Assembly: GCA_020851995.1 (NCBI GenBank)
Contig: JADZBO010000015.1
Coordinates: 83,103-147,102, forward strand
Source: Burkholderiaceae bacterium
Lineage (GTDB): Bacteria; Pseudomonadota; Gammaproteobacteria; Burkholderiales; Burkholderiaceae_B
DNA length: 64,000 nt
Reading direction: 5' to 3'
Shown here: positions 26,917-38,635 of the stretch, in pieces
How positions within the stretch are numbered: the stretch's first letter is position 1
How the letters are laid out: every line of letters begins with the position of its first letter
Made by a program: the position numbers and the translations under genes
Notes under the pieces: generated by a model
What the model saw: the letters and a program-made list of their open reading frames with translations, nothing else
The model's database searches: none
Told to the model about the DNA's origin: nothing

Positions 26917-28440
26917 ATGTGTGGAATCGTTGGAGTCATAGGGCGCGGGCCCGTCAATCAGCTGTTGTACGACAGCCTGCTGCTGCTGCAGCACCGTGGT
27001 CAGGATGCCGCCGGCATCGCGACATCGAACGGGAATCACTTCAACATGTACAAGGCGCACGGCCTGGTCAAGGATGTCTTCCGCACCCGGAACATGCGTT
27101 CTCTGCCGGGCACAAGCGGCATTGGACAAGTGCGTTACCCCACCGCGGGGTCAAGCGACAGCGTCGAGGAAGCACAGCCTTTTTACGTCAATGCACCGTT
27201 CGGAATCACGTTCGCCCATAACGGCAACCTGACGAACTGGCGGGAATTGCGCGAATCACTGTTTTCGGTCGATCGCCGCCACATCAATACGAATTCGGAT
27301 TCCGAAGTCCTGCTCAACGTGCTCGCGCACGAACTGCAGCGTGCTGCCAACGGGGTGTCCCTGGACGAGTCGGCGATCTTTCGCGCCGTAAATGCCGTGC
27401 ATCGCCGCGTAAAAGGCGCCTATGCAGTCGTCGCGCAAATTTCGGGCTACGGCTTGCTGGCGTTTCGTGACCCACACGGTATTCGTCCACTGTGTCTTGG
27501 CAAACTCGAAACTCCTGGTGGCACCGAATGGATGGTCGCCTCTGAATCCGTCGCCCTGGAGGGGTCTGGCTTCACGTTCGTGCGCGATATCCTGCCCGGC
27601 GAATCCGTCTTTATTTCGCTGGATGGCCTGGTGAGCAGCGAGCGCTGCGCGGAAGGCGCGATTCATGCGCCATGCATTTTCGAATATGTCTACTTCGCCC
27701 GCCCGGACTCAGTGCTGGACGGTGTTTCAGTCTACGGGTCTCGCCTGCGCATGGGCGAATACCTTGCCGACAAACTCGCACGTACGCTGCGGCTGGGCGA
27801 CATTGACGTGGTCATGCCAATTCCGGATTCGTCACGCCCATCGGCCATGCAGCTCTCGGAGCGGCTTGGTCTGAACTATCGTGAAGGCCTGATCAAGAAC
27901 CGCTATGTGGGCCGCACCTTCATCATGCCGGGGCAGGCGGTGCGCAAGAAATCCGTGCGCCAGAAACTCAATACGATTGGCATGGAATTCAAGGGCAAGA
28001 ATGTGCTTCTGGTCGACGATTCAATCGTGCGCGGCACCACAAGCCGCGAGATCGTTGAAATGGCCCGGGCGGCTGGTGCAAACAAGGTCTACATGGCTTC
28101 GGCGGCACCGCCTGTGCGATACCAGAACGTCTACGGCATCGACATGCCGACACAAAACGAGCTGATCGCGAACGGTCGTGATGAGGACGAGATTGCCCGC
28201 ATCATCGGTGCCGATGCCCTGATCTACCAGGATATCGAGGCGATGCAGAAATCGGTCACTGACCTGAATCCCGGACTCACGCACTTTGATACGTCGTGCT
28301 TTACTGGTCAGTACGTCACCGGTGACATCACCCCCGAATATCTTGATCAACTTGGGCGCACGCGTCATTCGGCACAGGATGACGCGAGCGGACTGCTGTT
28401 CAACATGGGTTACGCTGCCGAAGAAGACGGCCCGGGCTGA
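26917..28440 (+). CDS. purF: Amidophosphoribosyltransferase
   Basis: MCGIVG, LQHRGQDAAGI, AHNGNL, LVDDSIVRGTT. Confidence 0.98.
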   Translation: MCGIVGVIGRGPVNQLLYDSLLLLQHRGQDAAGIATSNGNHFNMYKAHGLVKDVFRTRNMRSLPGTSGIGQVRYPTAGSSDSVEEAQPFYVNAPFGITFAHNGNLTNWRELRESLFSVDRRHINTNSDSEVLLNVLAHELQRAANGVSLDESAIFRAVNAVHRRVKGAYAVVAQISGYGLLAFRDPHGIRPLCLGKLETPGGTEWMVASESVALEGSGFTFVRDILPGESVFISLDGLVSSERCAEGAIHAPCIFEYVYFARPDSVLDGVSVYGSRLRMGEYLADKLARTLRLGDIDVVMPIPDSSRPSAMQLSERLGLNYREGLIKNRYVGRTFIMPGQAVRKKSVRQKLNTIGMEFKGKNVLLVDDSIVRGTTSREIVEMARAAGANKVYMASAAPPVRYQNVYGIDMPTQNELIANGRDEDEIARIIGADALIYQDIEAMQKSVTDLNPGLTHFDTSCFTGQYVTGDITPEYLDQLGRTRHSAQDDASGLLFNMGYAAEEDGPG

Positions 28441-28498
28441 GGCAACCGGGGGGATCGGCGCATGAGATGGCCGCGCCAAGTCGCTGATCATTGACTCA

Positions 28499-28532
28499 CC
28501 GCCAACGCCACCCGCTCGGGGTGGGTTGGTGG
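28499..28532. terminator. Hairpin between convergent purF and dsbB
   Basis: ccaac-g-ccaccc / gggtgg-gttgg stacked stem ending 2 nt from the dsbB stop. Confidence 0.55.
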
Positions 28533-28533
28533 C

Positions 28534-29025
28534 TTATAACGGGCCGCGGAACGACTTCCAGAGGCCCAAGAGGGTTGTACCCAGCAGAATCCAGAACAGA
28601 GTCAGGCTCCACACGGCGTATTCGACGCCAAGCAGATCGACTTTTGCATCCATGCAGCTTGCAAAAATTCCAAAGAGCCAGGGGACTCCACCGTCGAGAC
28701 CGGAGCGGGTCATGAACTGGTCCGCGAACGTCTGCGCACACGAGAACATGTTCGCAGCAACGTTGATCTGGTAGCGCGCTGCCATGATCCCTCCGGCGCT
28801 CAGCGCAAGAGTCGCCAGAAGCCCCATCCGCACGCGGAATTTGCCCGGATTTCCAATCGCCCCCAGCGCGCAGGCTGCCGCTATTGCGAGGTAGATCAGG
28901 CGCTGGAAGACACACCAGGCGCAGGGCATCATGCCGAAGACATGCTGCGAGACAAGCGCGTTGATCACCGCGAGCAGGCTGACGATGCCCACAGCGCCGA
29001 GCACATGCTGGTCACGCAGCCGCAT
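28534..29025 (-). CDS. dsbB: Disulfide bond formation protein B
   Basis: MMPCAWCVFQR (CxxC), second Cys pair SC...ASC, four TM segments. Confidence 0.9.
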   Translation of the reverse strand: MRLRDQHVLGAVGIVSLLAVINALVSQHVFGMMPCAWCVFQRLIYLAIAAACALGAIGNPGKFRVRMGLLATLALSAGGIMAARYQINVAANMFSCAQTFADQFMTRSGLDGGVPWLFGIFASCMDAKVDLLGVEYAVWSLTLFWILLGTTLLGLWKSFRGPL

Positions 29026-31603
29026 TCGACTTTTCCTGAGTGAGCGCTTCCAGCACCGCGCGCTCAAATTGCAGTTGGCTTCGTGGTTGCGCAAGCGACG
29101 CTCCGCTGATCACGAAGACGTCCTCGACACGATCGCCCAGCGTCATGACTTTGGCGGTCTGAAGATTGACATGGTAGTTTGCGAACACCTGTGCAACATC
29201 TCCCAACAGGCCGGGACGATCGGTTGCCGCGACGGCCAGCCGCCAGTTCTGGCTTCCTTCGTCAGGGAATAGTTCTACCAGCGGTGGCACCGGGAAAGCC
29301 CGGGAAAGCCGGGACGGGCGTCCCGACACGTGACGCTGAGAGCGCTGCGCCACGTCCTGGGGCGTATCAAGATGGCTTGCCAGTTCGTGCTCAGTCAGCG
29401 TGGCGAGCGACCGCAGATCGTCGTTTGAATCAACGGGCAAGACAATGAAACTGTCAAGTGCATAGCCGTTGCGCGTGGTGTGAACGCGCGCGTCCTGGAT
29501 GCTCAGTCCATGTGATCCGAAGTAGCCGCAAATGCGGGCAAACAGATCGGCGACGTCCTTGGTGTAGACCATGACTTGCAGGCCTTCCGAGCCCTCGGTT
29601 GGTCGAGCCTTGACGATTGAATGACCGGGGGCGGTCTGGTAGTACAGATGACGGGTGTGCCAGGCGATGTCGGCCGCATCGTGGCGCAGGAAATATGCGA
29701 CGTCGAGTTGCTTCCAGAACTCCTGGCGGGTTTCGTCGCGCAGTCCCGCCAGGCGGGTCAGTCCTGCGGCCTCGTCCATGCGCTGGTGCAGAACCGTGTT
29801 CGCATCGTCGACCGAACCGCCCAGATGGCTGCGGGTGAGATTAAAGAGGTCCTCGAGCAGCTTGCCTTTCCAGGCGTTCCAGACTTTAGGGCTGGTGCCC
29901 CGGATGTCGGCGACCGTGAGCAGATAGAGCGCAGTGAGCTTACGCGTGTCGCCAACCAGGACGGCGAAATTCCGGATCACGTCCGGGTCGGACAGGTCCT
30001 GCTTCTGAGCCACCTGGGACATGGCCAGATGGTTACGCACGAGGAACACGACCAACTCACTGTCGGCAACGTCCAGGCCGTGGCTGCGGGCAAAGCGTTG
30101 AACATCCTCGGCGCCGAGCGCCGAGTGGTCGCCGCCGCGACCCTTGGCGATGTCGTGAAACAGCGCCGCGACGTACAGAAGCCAGTGGCGCTCGAGGCCG
30201 GCAATCAGGCGACTGGCAAGCGGGTACTCCTGCGCGTGTTCCGGCATGGTGAAGCGTCGCAGGTTGCGTATGACCGCCAGCGTGTGCTGATCGACGGTGT
30301 AGACATGGAAAAGATCGTGCTGCATCTGCCCGACGACATGCCTGAACGGCGGCAGGTAGCGGGGCAGAATATTCAGCATGGTCATGCGCCGCAACGCGTG
30401 AACGATACCTTTGGGCTGTTGCAGAATTTGCAGAAACGTCTGCTTGTTGACGGGATCCCGCCGGAAGTCCGCGTCAATGAGATGACGGGCGTGCCAGATC
30501 GCACGAAGCGCCCGGCCGGAAAGCTCGTTGATGTCCGGGTGTTGCTCCATCAGGAGGAAGACCCGCAGCAGCGCCGACGGCTTGCGCTCGAACAGATCGT
30601 CGGTGCCGATATCGAGACGGTTGCGGTAACGCACGAAGTCTTCGTCGATCATGCACGCATCATCAGCTTGCATCGGGAAGAGTCGCTCCTCAATGTTCTG
30701 TACCAGCAGAATATTGAGCTGGGTCACCAGGCGCGCAGCCCAGTAGTAACGCTGCATCAGGATTTCGGAGGCACGTCGGGTGGGCGTTGCGCTGATCCCG
30801 TAAGCGTCGGCCAGCGCGTGCTGCAGGTCAAACAGGAGGCGGTCCTCGCGTCGGCGGGCCAGCAGATGCAGCTCGACACGCAAACGCCGGAAAGCATTCT
30901 CGGCCCGCTTGAGATCACGGGCCTCGATGTCGGTGAGCAACCCGGCACGCGCGATTTCATGCCAGTTCTGGCCAAAGCCCGCGGCGCGCGCCATCCAGAG
31001 GATCACCTGCAGATCACGCAAGCCGCCCGGCGACTCTTTGCAATTGGGCTCCAGCGCGTACGGTGTTTCCTGGTGACGTGCGTGGCGTTGCTGCATTTCG
31101 GCACGTTTGGCCTGAAAAAACTCGCGCGCATCCAGGTGCTCGTTCATGGTCTGCATGAATTGGCGCGTCAGACCCCGGCTACCCGCAATCCAGCGGGTTT
31201 CCAGCAGGGAGGTTTCAACGGTGATGTCGCCGCGCGCCTCCTCAATGCATTGTTCGATCGTGCGTACGCTGTAGCCCGGCTCGATCCCGATATCCCACAT
31301 GGCCGCCACCAGCGTGCTCAGCCCGGCTTCGTCATCCGCTGTGGGTTCGACCGGCAGGAGAATCAGCAGATCGACGTCCGAGTAGGGGTATAGCTCGCCG
31401 CGCCCATAGCCGCCGACCGCCGCGAGCGCGGCGCCTTTCGGTAGCGGACAGACACGCAGGAGCGCGCGCAGTGCCTGGTCTGCACAGCGGCGCAGTGCGC
31501 GCAGGAGTTTGTCGGCTCGATGATCCGCGCGATAGGCGTCAATGGCCGACTCGCGGCTGGCCTGCAGCTGCGAGCGAATTTCGACCAGCCCCGCGTTGCT
31601 CAT
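29012..31603 (-). CDS. glnD: [Protein-PII] uridylyltransferase
   Basis: AVGGYGRGELYPYSDVDLL, KESPGGLRD, HVYTVDQH, HDIAKGRGGDHS, ACT domains. Confidence 0.97.
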   Translation of the reverse strand: MSNAGLVEIRSQLQASRESAIDAYRADHRADKLLRALRRCADQALRALLRVCPLPKGAALAAVGGYGRGELYPYSDVDLLILLPVEPTADDEAGLSTLVAAMWDIGIEPGYSVRTIEQCIEEARGDITVETSLLETRWIAGSRGLTRQFMQTMNEHLDAREFFQAKRAEMQQRHARHQETPYALEPNCKESPGGLRDLQVILWMARAAGFGQNWHEIARAGLLTDIEARDLKRAENAFRRLRVELHLLARRREDRLLFDLQHALADAYGISATPTRRASEILMQRYYWAARLVTQLNILLVQNIEERLFPMQADDACMIDEDFVRYRNRLDIGTDDLFERKPSALLRVFLLMEQHPDINELSGRALRAIWHARHLIDADFRRDPVNKQTFLQILQQPKGIVHALRRMTMLNILPRYLPPFRHVVGQMQHDLFHVYTVDQHTLAVIRNLRRFTMPEHAQEYPLASRLIAGLERHWLLYVAALFHDIAKGRGGDHSALGAEDVQRFARSHGLDVADSELVVFLVRNHLAMSQVAQKQDLSDPDVIRNFAVLVGDTRKLTALYLLTVADIRGTSPKVWNAWKGKLLEDLFNLTRSHLGGSVDDANTVLHQRMDEAAGLTRLAGLRDETRQEFWKQLDVAYFLRHDAADIAWHTRHLYYQTAPGHSIVKARPTEGSEGLQVMVYTKDVADLFARICGYFGSHGLSIQDARVHTTRNGYALDSFIVLPVDSNDDLRSLATLTEHELASHLDTPQDVAQRSQRHVSGRPSRLSRAFPVPPLVELFPDEGSQNWRLAVAATDRPGLLGDVAQVFANYHVNLQTAKVMTLGDRVEDVFVISGASLAQPRSQLQFERAVLEALTQEKSNAAA

Positions 31604-32406
31604 GCCACGCTCGAAATGAACGGAGGTGGTGCAGGCATGCCATCCGAGATGGTCAGGACCTCATAGCCCCGGTCGGTCACCAGCACCGAGTGTTCCCACT
31701 GAGCCGAAAGACTGTGGTCGCGGGTCACGACGGTCCAGCCGTCTGCGAGTTGGCGGATTTCCCGTCGCCCTGCGTTGATCATCGGTTCGATGGTGAAGAT
31801 CAGGCCAGGTTCGAGGACTTCGCCGCTGCCGGCTTTGCCATAGTGAAGCACTTGTGGATCCTGATGAAACTTCTGCCCAATCCCATGACCGCAGAATTCG
31901 CGAACGACGGAAAAGCCCTGATCCTCAGCATGACGCTGGATGGCCGCGCCGATGTCGCCAAGGGTCGCACCCGGCTTGACCCGGGATATTCCGATCCACA
32001 TGCATTCAAAGGTGACGTCCGTGAGCCGGCGAGCCAGAATCGAGGGCTCGCCGACAAAGTACATCCGGCTCGTGTCGCCAAACCAACCGTCCTTGATGAT
32101 GGTGACGTCAATGTTGAGAATGTCGCCGTTCTTGAGCACTTTGTCGCCGGGGATGCCGTGGCACACCTGGTGGTTGACCGAAGTGCAGATTGCACCAGGA
32201 AAGGGCGGATATCCGGGAGGCGCATAGCCGACCGTTGCCGACTTCACCTTGAGTTCGTCGGTCAGGTATTCGAGGCACAGTTTGTCGAGTGCGCCGGTGG
32301 TCACGCCCGGTTTTACGTGCGGAGCCAGAAAATCCAGGATTTTTGCGGCGTCGCGACAAGCGGCCCGCATACGGTCCAGATCCGCTGCGTTAGTGACTAA
32401 ACCCAT
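31600..32406 (-). CDS. map: Methionine aminopeptidase type I
   Basis: CTSVNHQVCHGIP, NIDVT..DGWFGDTSR, CGHGIG, FTIEPMIN, SAQWEH. Confidence 0.97.
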   Translation of the reverse strand: MGLVTNAADLDRMRAACRDAAKILDFLAPHVKPGVTTGALDKLCLEYLTDELKVKSATVGYAPPGYPPFPGAICTSVNHQVCHGIPGDKVLKNGDILNIDVTIIKDGWFGDTSRMYFVGEPSILARRLTDVTFECMWIGISRVKPGATLGDIGAAIQRHAEDQGFSVVREFCGHGIGQKFHQDPQVLHYGKAGSGEVLEPGLIFTIEPMINAGRREIRQLADGWTVVTRDHSLSAQWEHSVLVTDRGYEVLTISDGMPAPPPFISSVA

Positions 32407-32520
32407 GGTGACTTGAGCTGCATCGATGAAAGATAGTAGAATTATAGGCTTACCTTGATTTACGTCTGGTGCATTTCCACATCGTCAGCATGTCAATGCC
32501 CGGTAGATCAGGGTGGTCAG

Positions 32521-32558
32521 GCAGTCAATGTAGTCAATGCAGTGAATGTGCAGTCAAA
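32521..32558. repeat. Degenerate 9-nt tandem repeat (x4) in the map/rpsB intergenic region
   Basis: gcagtcaat gtagtcaat gcagtgaat (gt) gcagtcaaa. Confidence 0.7.
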
Positions 32559-32604
32559 CCGGAAAGGCGAACGTCGGCAACCCGTCGGCGCAGTCTGTCC
32601 AAAT

Positions 32605-32683
32605 CGCGCGTTGCGTCACCAGGGTGCCGGGCAAAATGCCGGGTGCAGACGCAATGCAAGACCCAACCCTCGGAGCTTTGAAT
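32605..32683 (+). ncRNA. rpsB 5' leader (S2 autoregulatory / t44-like element)
   Basis: ttgcgtc/gacgcaa stem enclosing GGGUG motifs, followed by acccaaccc and GGAG. Confidence 0.6.
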
Positions 32684-33430
32684 ATGTCTCTCATGCGTGA
32701 AATGCTGGAAGCGGGCGTGCACTTCGGTCACCAGACCCGTTACTGGAACCCCAAGATGGCGCCCTTCATTTTTGGCCATCGCAATAAAATCCACATCATC
32801 AACCTGGAAAAGACGGTCGCTAATTTCCAGGATGCAACCAAGTTTCTGCGCCAGATCGCCGCCAAGGGTGGTTCGGTCTTGTTCGTCGGCACCAAGCGCG
32901 CAGCGCGCGAACTCGTCGCCGCCGAAGCGATGCGTGCGGGCATGCCTTTCGTCGACAGCCGCTGGCTGGGCGGTATGCTGACCAACTTCAAGACGGTCAA
33001 AAGCTCAATCAAGCGCCTCAAGGACATGGAAGTCATCGTGGCCGAAGGTGGCACCGAGCGCATGACCAAGAAAGAAGCCCTGATGTTCCAGCGCGAACTC
33101 GACAAGCTCAACAAGTCTATCGGTGGCATCAAGGACATGAACGGTTTGCCTGATGCAATCTTCATGATCGATGTCGGCTACCACAAGATCGCCGTCGCCG
33201 AAGCCCGTGCGCTTGGAATCCCGGTGGTTGCCGTGGTTGATACCAACCACTCGCCCGACGGCATCGATTACATCATCCCCGGCAACGACGATTCAGCCAA
33301 GGCGATCGCGTTGTATGCCAAGGGCATTGCTGACGCTGTGATCGAAGGTCGCACCCAGAACATCAACGGCCTGGTTGAAGAACTTGCCGAAGGCGAAGAG
33401 TTCGTCGAAATCGAGCAGGCCAAGGACTGA
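32684..33430 (+). CDS. rpsB: 30S ribosomal protein S2
   Basis: [36 protein letters not shown]. Confidence 0.99.
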   Translation: MSLMREMLEAGVHFGHQTRYWNPKMAPFIFGHRNKIHIINLEKTVANFQDATKFLRQIAAKGGSVLFVGTKRAARELVAAEAMRAGMPFVDSRWLGGMLTNFKTVKSSIKRLKDMEVIVAEGGTERMTKKEALMFQRELDKLNKSIGGIKDMNGLPDAIFMIDVGYHKIAVAEARALGIPVVAVVDTNHSPDGIDYIIPGNDDSAKAIALYAKGIADAVIEGRTQNINGLVEELAEGEEFVEIEQAKD

Positions 33431-33522
33431 GACCTGCCAGGGTCCGCGTCTGACGCGGATCGGTGTCTGATCGAACGCCTCGGCCTCGCGCCGGGGCGCA
33501 TTTCACATATTCTGGAGTAAAA

Positions 33523-34401
33523 ATGGCTGAAATTACCGCAGCAATGGTCAAGGAATTGCGCGAAAAGACTGACGCGCCCATGATGGAATGCAAAAGGGCA
33601 TTGACGGAAGCCGCCGGCGATCTGACCCGTGCGGAGGAAATCCTGCGCGTGAAGCTCGGCAGCAAGGCCAGCAAGGCTGCAAGTCGCGTCACCGCCGAGG
33701 GCCTGATTGGCCTGTTCATCTCGCCCGACAGCAAGCAAGGCGCTGTCATCGAGGTCAACTGCGAAACTGACTTCGTCGCCAAAAACGACGATTTTGTTGC
33801 GTTCGTCAACGCACTGGCCCAAAAAGTCGCCACCACGGAGTTGGCCGATGTGGCTGCCTTGCTGGCGGCTCCGCTGGGTACTGGCACGGTCGATTCAACC
33901 CGCGCAGAACTCGTTGGCAAAATTGGTGAAAACATCTCGGTTCGCCGTTTTCAGCGTTTCGTGACGCCTAACAAACTGGCCAGTTACGTGCACGGCGGCA
34001 AGATCGGTGTGCTCGTCGAGTTTGCGGGCGCTGACGAAGTCGGCAAGGATCTGGCGATGCACATCGCTGCCAGCAAGCCCCGCGCCATTGATGAAAAGGG
34101 CGTGGCGGAAGCGGACAAGGAAGCGGAGCGCTCGGTGGCGCGTCTGAAGGCCGCCGAATCGGGCAAGCCGCCGGAAATCGTCGAGAAGATGGTTGAAGGT
34201 TCTGTCCAGAAATTCCTCAAGGAGGTCGCACTCCTGAGCCAGCCGTTCGTCAAGAACGACAAGCAGTCCGTTGGTCAGATGCTCAAGGAAAAATCCGCAT
34301 CGGCCAGTGCGTTTGCACTGTTCGTGGTGGGCGAGGGCATTGAGAAGAAATCCAACGACTTCGCAGCCGAAGTGGCAGCAGCCGCCGCCGGAAACGCGTA
34401 A
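33523..34401 (+). CDS. tsf: Elongation factor Ts
   Basis: [37 protein letters not shown]. Confidence 0.99.
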   Translation: MAEITAAMVKELREKTDAPMMECKRALTEAAGDLTRAEEILRVKLGSKASKAASRVTAEGLIGLFISPDSKQGAVIEVNCETDFVAKNDDFVAFVNALAQKVATTELADVAALLAAPLGTGTVDSTRAELVGKIGENISVRRFQRFVTPNKLASYVHGGKIGVLVEFAGADEVGKDLAMHIAASKPRAIDEKGVAEADKEAERSVARLKAAESGKPPEIVEKMVEGSVQKFLKEVALLSQPFVKNDKQSVGQMLKEKSASASAFALFVVGEGIEKKSNDFAAEVAAAAAGNA

Positions 34402-34414
34402 ATTATGTTTGCAA

Positions 34415-34449
34415 AAAGCCGGGCGGTGCAGCAATGCCCGCCCGGCTTT
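34415..34449 (+). terminator. Hairpin/terminator after tsf
   Basis: aaagccgggcgg / ccgcccggcttt 12-bp stem. Confidence 0.75.
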
Positions 34450-34492
34450 CGTTTACAATTTTCAGCTGTTTTTGATCTTCCGGAAAATGCCA

Positions 34493-35209
34493 ATGTCCAC
34501 CAGAACACATAAAAGAGTCCTTCTCAAACTCTCTGGCGAGGCGTTGATGGGGGACGACGCGTACGGCATCAACCGTTCGACGATCGTGCGTATGACGGAT
34601 GAACTGTCAGCCGTGGCGGCCACCGGCATACAACTCGCGATTGTCATAGGCGGGGGTAACATTTTCCGCGGTGTGGCGCCAGGCGCCCAGGGAATGGATC
34701 GCGCGACCGCCGACTACATGGGCATGATGGCCACAGTGATGAATTCGCTTGCGCTGCAGGATGCGCTCAAGCACCGTGGCATCGATGCGCGCGTGCAGTC
34801 GGCGCTGAATATCGAGCAGGTGGTCGAGCCGTATATTCGCCCCAAGGCGCTCCGCTACCTCGAGGAAGGCAAGGTCGTGATTTTTGCGGCCGGGACCGGT
34901 AATCCTTTCTTTACCACCGACACCGCCGCTGCCTTGCGAGGGGCTGAAATCGGTGCCGAGATCGTCCTGAAGGCGACTAAAGTCGACGGAATCTACACCG
35001 CCGATCCCAAGAAAGATCCATTGGCCACGCGTTACTCGCGCATCAGTTTCGACGAGGCAATCGTGCGTCGTCTTGAAGTGATGGACGCCACCGCCTTTGC
35101 GTTGTGCCGTGACCAGAAGCTGCCCATCCGGGTCTTTTCCATCAATAAGCCGGGCGCGCTGAGCCGGGCCATTGGCGGCGAAGACGAGGGCACGCTCGTC
35201 CACGTATAA
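34493..35209 (+). CDS. pyrH: Uridylate kinase
   Basis: [37 protein letters not shown]. Confidence 0.98.
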   Translation: MSTRTHKRVLLKLSGEALMGDDAYGINRSTIVRMTDELSAVAATGIQLAIVIGGGNIFRGVAPGAQGMDRATADYMGMMATVMNSLALQDALKHRGIDARVQSALNIEQVVEPYIRPKALRYLEEGKVVIFAAGTGNPFFTTDTAAALRGAEIGAEIVLKATKVDGIYTADPKKDPLATRYSRISFDEAIVRRLEVMDATAFALCRDQKLPIRVFSINKPGALSRAIGGEDEGTLVHV

Positions 35210-35221
35210 AGAGGAAATCCC

Positions 35222-35782
35222 ATGAGCGTTGCAGAAGTCCAAAAATCGGCCGAGTCCCGCATGGGCAAGACGATCGATACTCTGAAGGCTGATCTGGCCA
35301 AGATCCGTACGGGCCGGGCTCACACGGGCATCCTGGATCACATTCACGTCGAGTACTACGGAAACCCGGTTCCGCTCAGTCAGGTTGGTAACGTCAACCT
35401 TGTCGATGCGCGCACGATCAGCATCCAGGTCTGGGAAAAGAACATGGCTTCGGCGGTCGAGAAGGCGATTCGCGATTCGGATCTGGGTCTCAACCCGATC
35501 CCGATGGGCGACAACATCCGTGTGCCGATGCCCGCGCTCACCGAAGAGCGCCGCCGCGAATTGACCAAGGTCGTCAAGTCCGAGGGCGAGGAGGCCAAAG
35601 TTGCGGTCCGTAATCTGCGTCGCGACGCTAACGATGGCTTCAAGCGCCTGGTCAAGGACAAGGCCATTTCCGAGGACGACGAGCGTCGCGCCCAGGACGT
35701 CGTCCAGAAACTGACTGATCGCTGCGTCACGGAAATCGACAAACTGGTTGCCCAGAAAGAAGCGGAGATCATGACGGTTTAA
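35222..35782 (+). CDS. frr: Ribosome recycling factor
   Basis: [34 protein letters not shown]. Confidence 0.98.
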   Translation: MSVAEVQKSAESRMGKTIDTLKADLAKIRTGRAHTGILDHIHVEYYGNPVPLSQVGNVNLVDARTISIQVWEKNMASAVEKAIRDSDLGLNPIPMGDNIRVPMPALTEERRRELTKVVKSEGEEAKVAVRNLRRDANDGFKRLVKDKAISEDDERRAQDVVQKLTDRCVTEIDKLVAQKEAEIMTV

Positions 35783-35795
35783 CCCGTCCTGCACC

Positions 35796-36560
35796 ATGAA
35801 AACCAGTTCTACGCGCGACATCCCTGTCACGTCGGATACGCCTCGCCACGTTGCCATCATCATGGATGGGAATGGGCGCTGGGCGTCAAAACGCCTGTTG
35901 CCCCGCACTGCCGGTCACGCCAAGGGTGTTCAGGCCGTGCGGCGGGCGGTAGAAACCTGCGGACGTCTGGGTGTGGATTACCTGACTCTGTTTGCCTTCA
36001 GTTCGGAAAACTGGCGACGGCCGGCCGATGAAGTGTCGCTGCTGATGCGCCTTTTCGTGCAGGCGCTGGAGCGTGAAGTCACCAAGCTTCAGGAACAGGG
36101 CGTGCGTCTGCGCGTGATCGGTGACCTGTCGGCGTTTGAACCCCGGTTGCAGGATCTGATTTTCCAGGCTCAAGCCAGCACTGCGCAGAACGACAAACTC
36201 AATCTCACGGTGGCGGCAAATTACGGCGGTCGCTGGGATATCCTGCAGGCCACGCGCAATATGTTGGCTGGCAATCCCGGCCTCGCGCAGGACCTGGCTG
36301 CGATCGACGAGGAAATGCTCGCATCGCATCTTGCGATGGCGTGGGCGCCGGAACCTGATCTGTTCATACGCACGGGCGGCGAACAGCGGATCTCGAATTT
36401 TCTCGTCTGGCAGTTGGCCTACACCGAACTCTACTTCACTGACTGCTACTGGCCGGATTTCGGGGAAGCCGAACTCAAAGCTGCCTTCGAGTGGTACCGC
36501 ACGCGTGAGCGAAGGTTTGGGCGCACAAGCGCCCAGGTGCACACATCCCCCGGCCACTGA
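35796..36560 (+). CDS. uppS: Undecaprenyl diphosphate synthase
   Basis: [41 protein letters not shown]. Confidence 0.98.
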   Translation: MKTSSTRDIPVTSDTPRHVAIIMDGNGRWASKRLLPRTAGHAKGVQAVRRAVETCGRLGVDYLTLFAFSSENWRRPADEVSLLMRLFVQALEREVTKLQEQGVRLRVIGDLSAFEPRLQDLIFQAQASTAQNDKLNLTVAANYGGRWDILQATRNMLAGNPGLAQDLAAIDEEMLASHLAMAWAPEPDLFIRTGGEQRISNFLVWQLAYTELYFTDCYWPDFGEAELKAAFEWYRTRERRFGRTSAQVHTSPGH

Positions 36561-36565
36561 CCATC

Positions 36566-37411
36566 ATGCTCAAACAGCGCGTCATCACCGCCATCGTCCT
36601 GCTTGCAGTGATCGGGCTGGTGATCGCCGCCACATCGCCCTGGCCATTTCTGCTTTTTCTGGCGCTCGCCTGCGCCTGCGCTGGCTGGGAGTGGCTGCGT
36701 TTGACGACCGGCACGGCTTCGTTCGTTGCCGGGCTGACGGGTGTGGTGCTGTTCCTGGTGGCTGTGCTGCAGGCCTGGTTGTGGCTCGGTCAAACACCGC
36801 CTGATACGGTTCCGATGATGGTTGCAGTGACCGTGAGCGCTTTGGTCTGGCTCGTGGTCGTGCCAGTGGTCGTGGTTCGCGGTGATGCGGCGGCATCGCC
36901 CCTGAGCCTTGCCTGGTCGATTTTCGGGCCCATAACGCTCTATGCGACCTGGGCTGCGCTCGCGTATCTGTATCTTAAGCATGGCGCGGGCTATGTGCTC
37001 TCATTGCTGGTGCTCGTCTGGATCGCCGATATCGCGGCGTATTTTGCCGGGCGAGCTTTTGGTCGCCACAAACTGGCACCCCGGGTGAGCCCGGGCAAAA
37101 CCATCGAGGGGGCTTTAGCCGGTGTAGCGGGCGTGGTGGCCTGGGTCCTGATTTCCGCCAACTGGGATTCGACTTACGGCGCGTCGCTGGTGGCGCGCTG
37201 GTCGTGGCCGGGCGCTGCGGGGCTTGCTGCGGTCCTGGCTGCGGTCTCCATTCTCGGCGACCTGTTTGAATCGCTGCTCAAACGTCGTGCAGGCGTCAAG
37301 GATTCCAGCGGACTTCTGCCAGGGCATGGGGGTGTTTATGATCGGATTGACGCCGTGGTCGCCGTGGTTCCGCTCGCGGTGCTTCTGACCGGCGGGTCGT
37401 GGTTCAAATGA
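36566..37411 (+). CDS. cdsA: Phosphatidate cytidylyltransferase
   Basis: [40 protein letters not shown]. Confidence 0.97.
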   Translation: MLKQRVITAIVLLAVIGLVIAATSPWPFLLFLALACACAGWEWLRLTTGTASFVAGLTGVVLFLVAVLQAWLWLGQTPPDTVPMMVAVTVSALVWLVVVPVVVVRGDAAASPLSLAWSIFGPITLYATWAALAYLYLKHGAGYVLSLLVLVWIADIAAYFAGRAFGRHKLAPRVSPGKTIEGALAGVAGVVAWVLISANWDSTYGASLVARWSWPGAAGLAAVLAAVSILGDLFESLLKRRAGVKDSSGLLPGHGGVYDRIDAVVAVVPLAVLLTGGSWFK

Positions 37412-38604
37412 CTGTTCGCGTCACGATACTGGGATCCACCGGATCCATCGGTCAAAGCACACTGGATGTGATCGCGCGTCATCCTGACCGTTTCAGCGTG
37501 TACGCGCTTTCGGCGCACAGCCGTATTGACCTGCTGGCCAAACAGGCTGTCGGAACAGGCGCAGCCGTTGTCGTTCTTCCTGATGACGCTGCGGCAGTTC
37601 GATTTCGCGCCGTGTGGCCCAACGGCGTTGCAATGCCGGAAATTCGCGTGGGTCCGCGCGCGCTTGCCGAAACGGCCGCAGACCCCGGATGCGACACGGT
37701 CATGGCAGCGATCGTCGGTGCGGCTGGTTTGCCGGGTGCGCTGGCCGCCGCAAGAGCCGGTAAACGCGTGCTGCTCGCCAACAAAGAGGCGCTCGTCGCT
37801 GCAGGGTCACTGTTCATGGCTGCGGTGCGCGACAGCGGCGCCGAACTGCTGCCGATCGACAGCGAGCACAACGCCATTTTTCAGTGCCTGCCACATGATG
37901 GCAGGGCCAGCGCGCCCCAAGGGCCTGCTGCTGGCGTGCGCAGGTTGATTCTGACCGCCTCTGGCGGGCCGTTCCGTACCCGGAATTGGTCCGATCTGCA
38001 CGATGTCACCCCGGACCAGGCGTGCGCCCACCCGAACTGGAGCATGGGCCGCAAAATTTCAGTGGATTCGGCCACGATGCTGAACAAAGGCCTGGAGGTC
38101 ATCGAGGCGCACTGGCTTTTCGCGATGCCGCCCGAACGCATCAACGTCGTGATTCACCCGCAAAGTGTGGTTCACTCCATGGTTGAGTACGAAGACGGAT
38201 CCGTGGTGGCGCAACTTGGTCAGCCCGATATGCGTACTCCCATCGCTTATGGGCTTGGCTTTCCGGACCGGATTGCGTCAGGCGTGGGCTTGCTCGATCT
38301 CGCCGCCGGCGCGCGTCTGGACTTCGAAACCCCGGATCTTGGTCGTTTTCCCTGCCTGGCCCTGGCATTTGAGGCGCTGCGCGCTGGCCAGAGCTCATGT
38401 ATCGCCCTGAATGCGGCCAACGAGATCGCGGTCGACGCGTTTCTTGCGGGTCGGCTGCGCTACACGGCGATCGCGCGCCTGATCGGTGATACCCTTGACT
38501 GGCAGGCTCAGCAGACCGCTTCTGTGATCGGTTCGATCGATGACGTACTCGAACTGGACAGACGGGCTCGCGCTTTCTGTCGGTCGATTCATTTTGCGCC
38601 CTGA
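37408..38604 (+). CDS. dxr: 1-deoxy-D-xylulose 5-phosphate reductoisomerase
   Basis: [46 protein letters not shown]. Confidence 0.98.
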   Translation: MTVRVTILGSTGSIGQSTLDVIARHPDRFSVYALSAHSRIDLLAKQAVGTGAAVVVLPDDAAAVRFRAVWPNGVAMPEIRVGPRALAETAADPGCDTVMAAIVGAAGLPGALAAARAGKRVLLANKEALVAAGSLFMAAVRDSGAELLPIDSEHNAIFQCLPHDGRASAPQGPAAGVRRLILTASGGPFRTRNWSDLHDVTPDQACAHPNWSMGRKISVDSATMLNKGLEVIEAHWLFAMPPERINVVIHPQSVVHSMVEYEDGSVVAQLGQPDMRTPIAYGLGFPDRIASGVGLLDLAAGARLDFETPDLGRFPCLALAFEALRAGQSSCIALNAANEIAVDAFLAGRLRYTAIARLIGDTLDWQAQQTASVIGSIDDVLELDRRARAFCRSIHFAP

Positions 38605-38635
38605 AGCCGGTGCGTGTCATTTTTGAGGTTTCATC

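Noticed and set aside
29288-29313. ccgggaaagc direct repeat inside glnD as a possible frameshift
   Set aside because: The glnD frame stays open (GRPSRLSRAFP) and the downstream ACT domain is in frame.
29621-31393. 590-aa plus-strand ORF
   Set aside because: Antisense shadow of glnD with no motifs; long antisense ORFs are common in high-GC DNA.
34607-35908. 433-aa minus-strand ORF
   Set aside because: Antisense to pyrH/frr/uppS with no recognisable domain.
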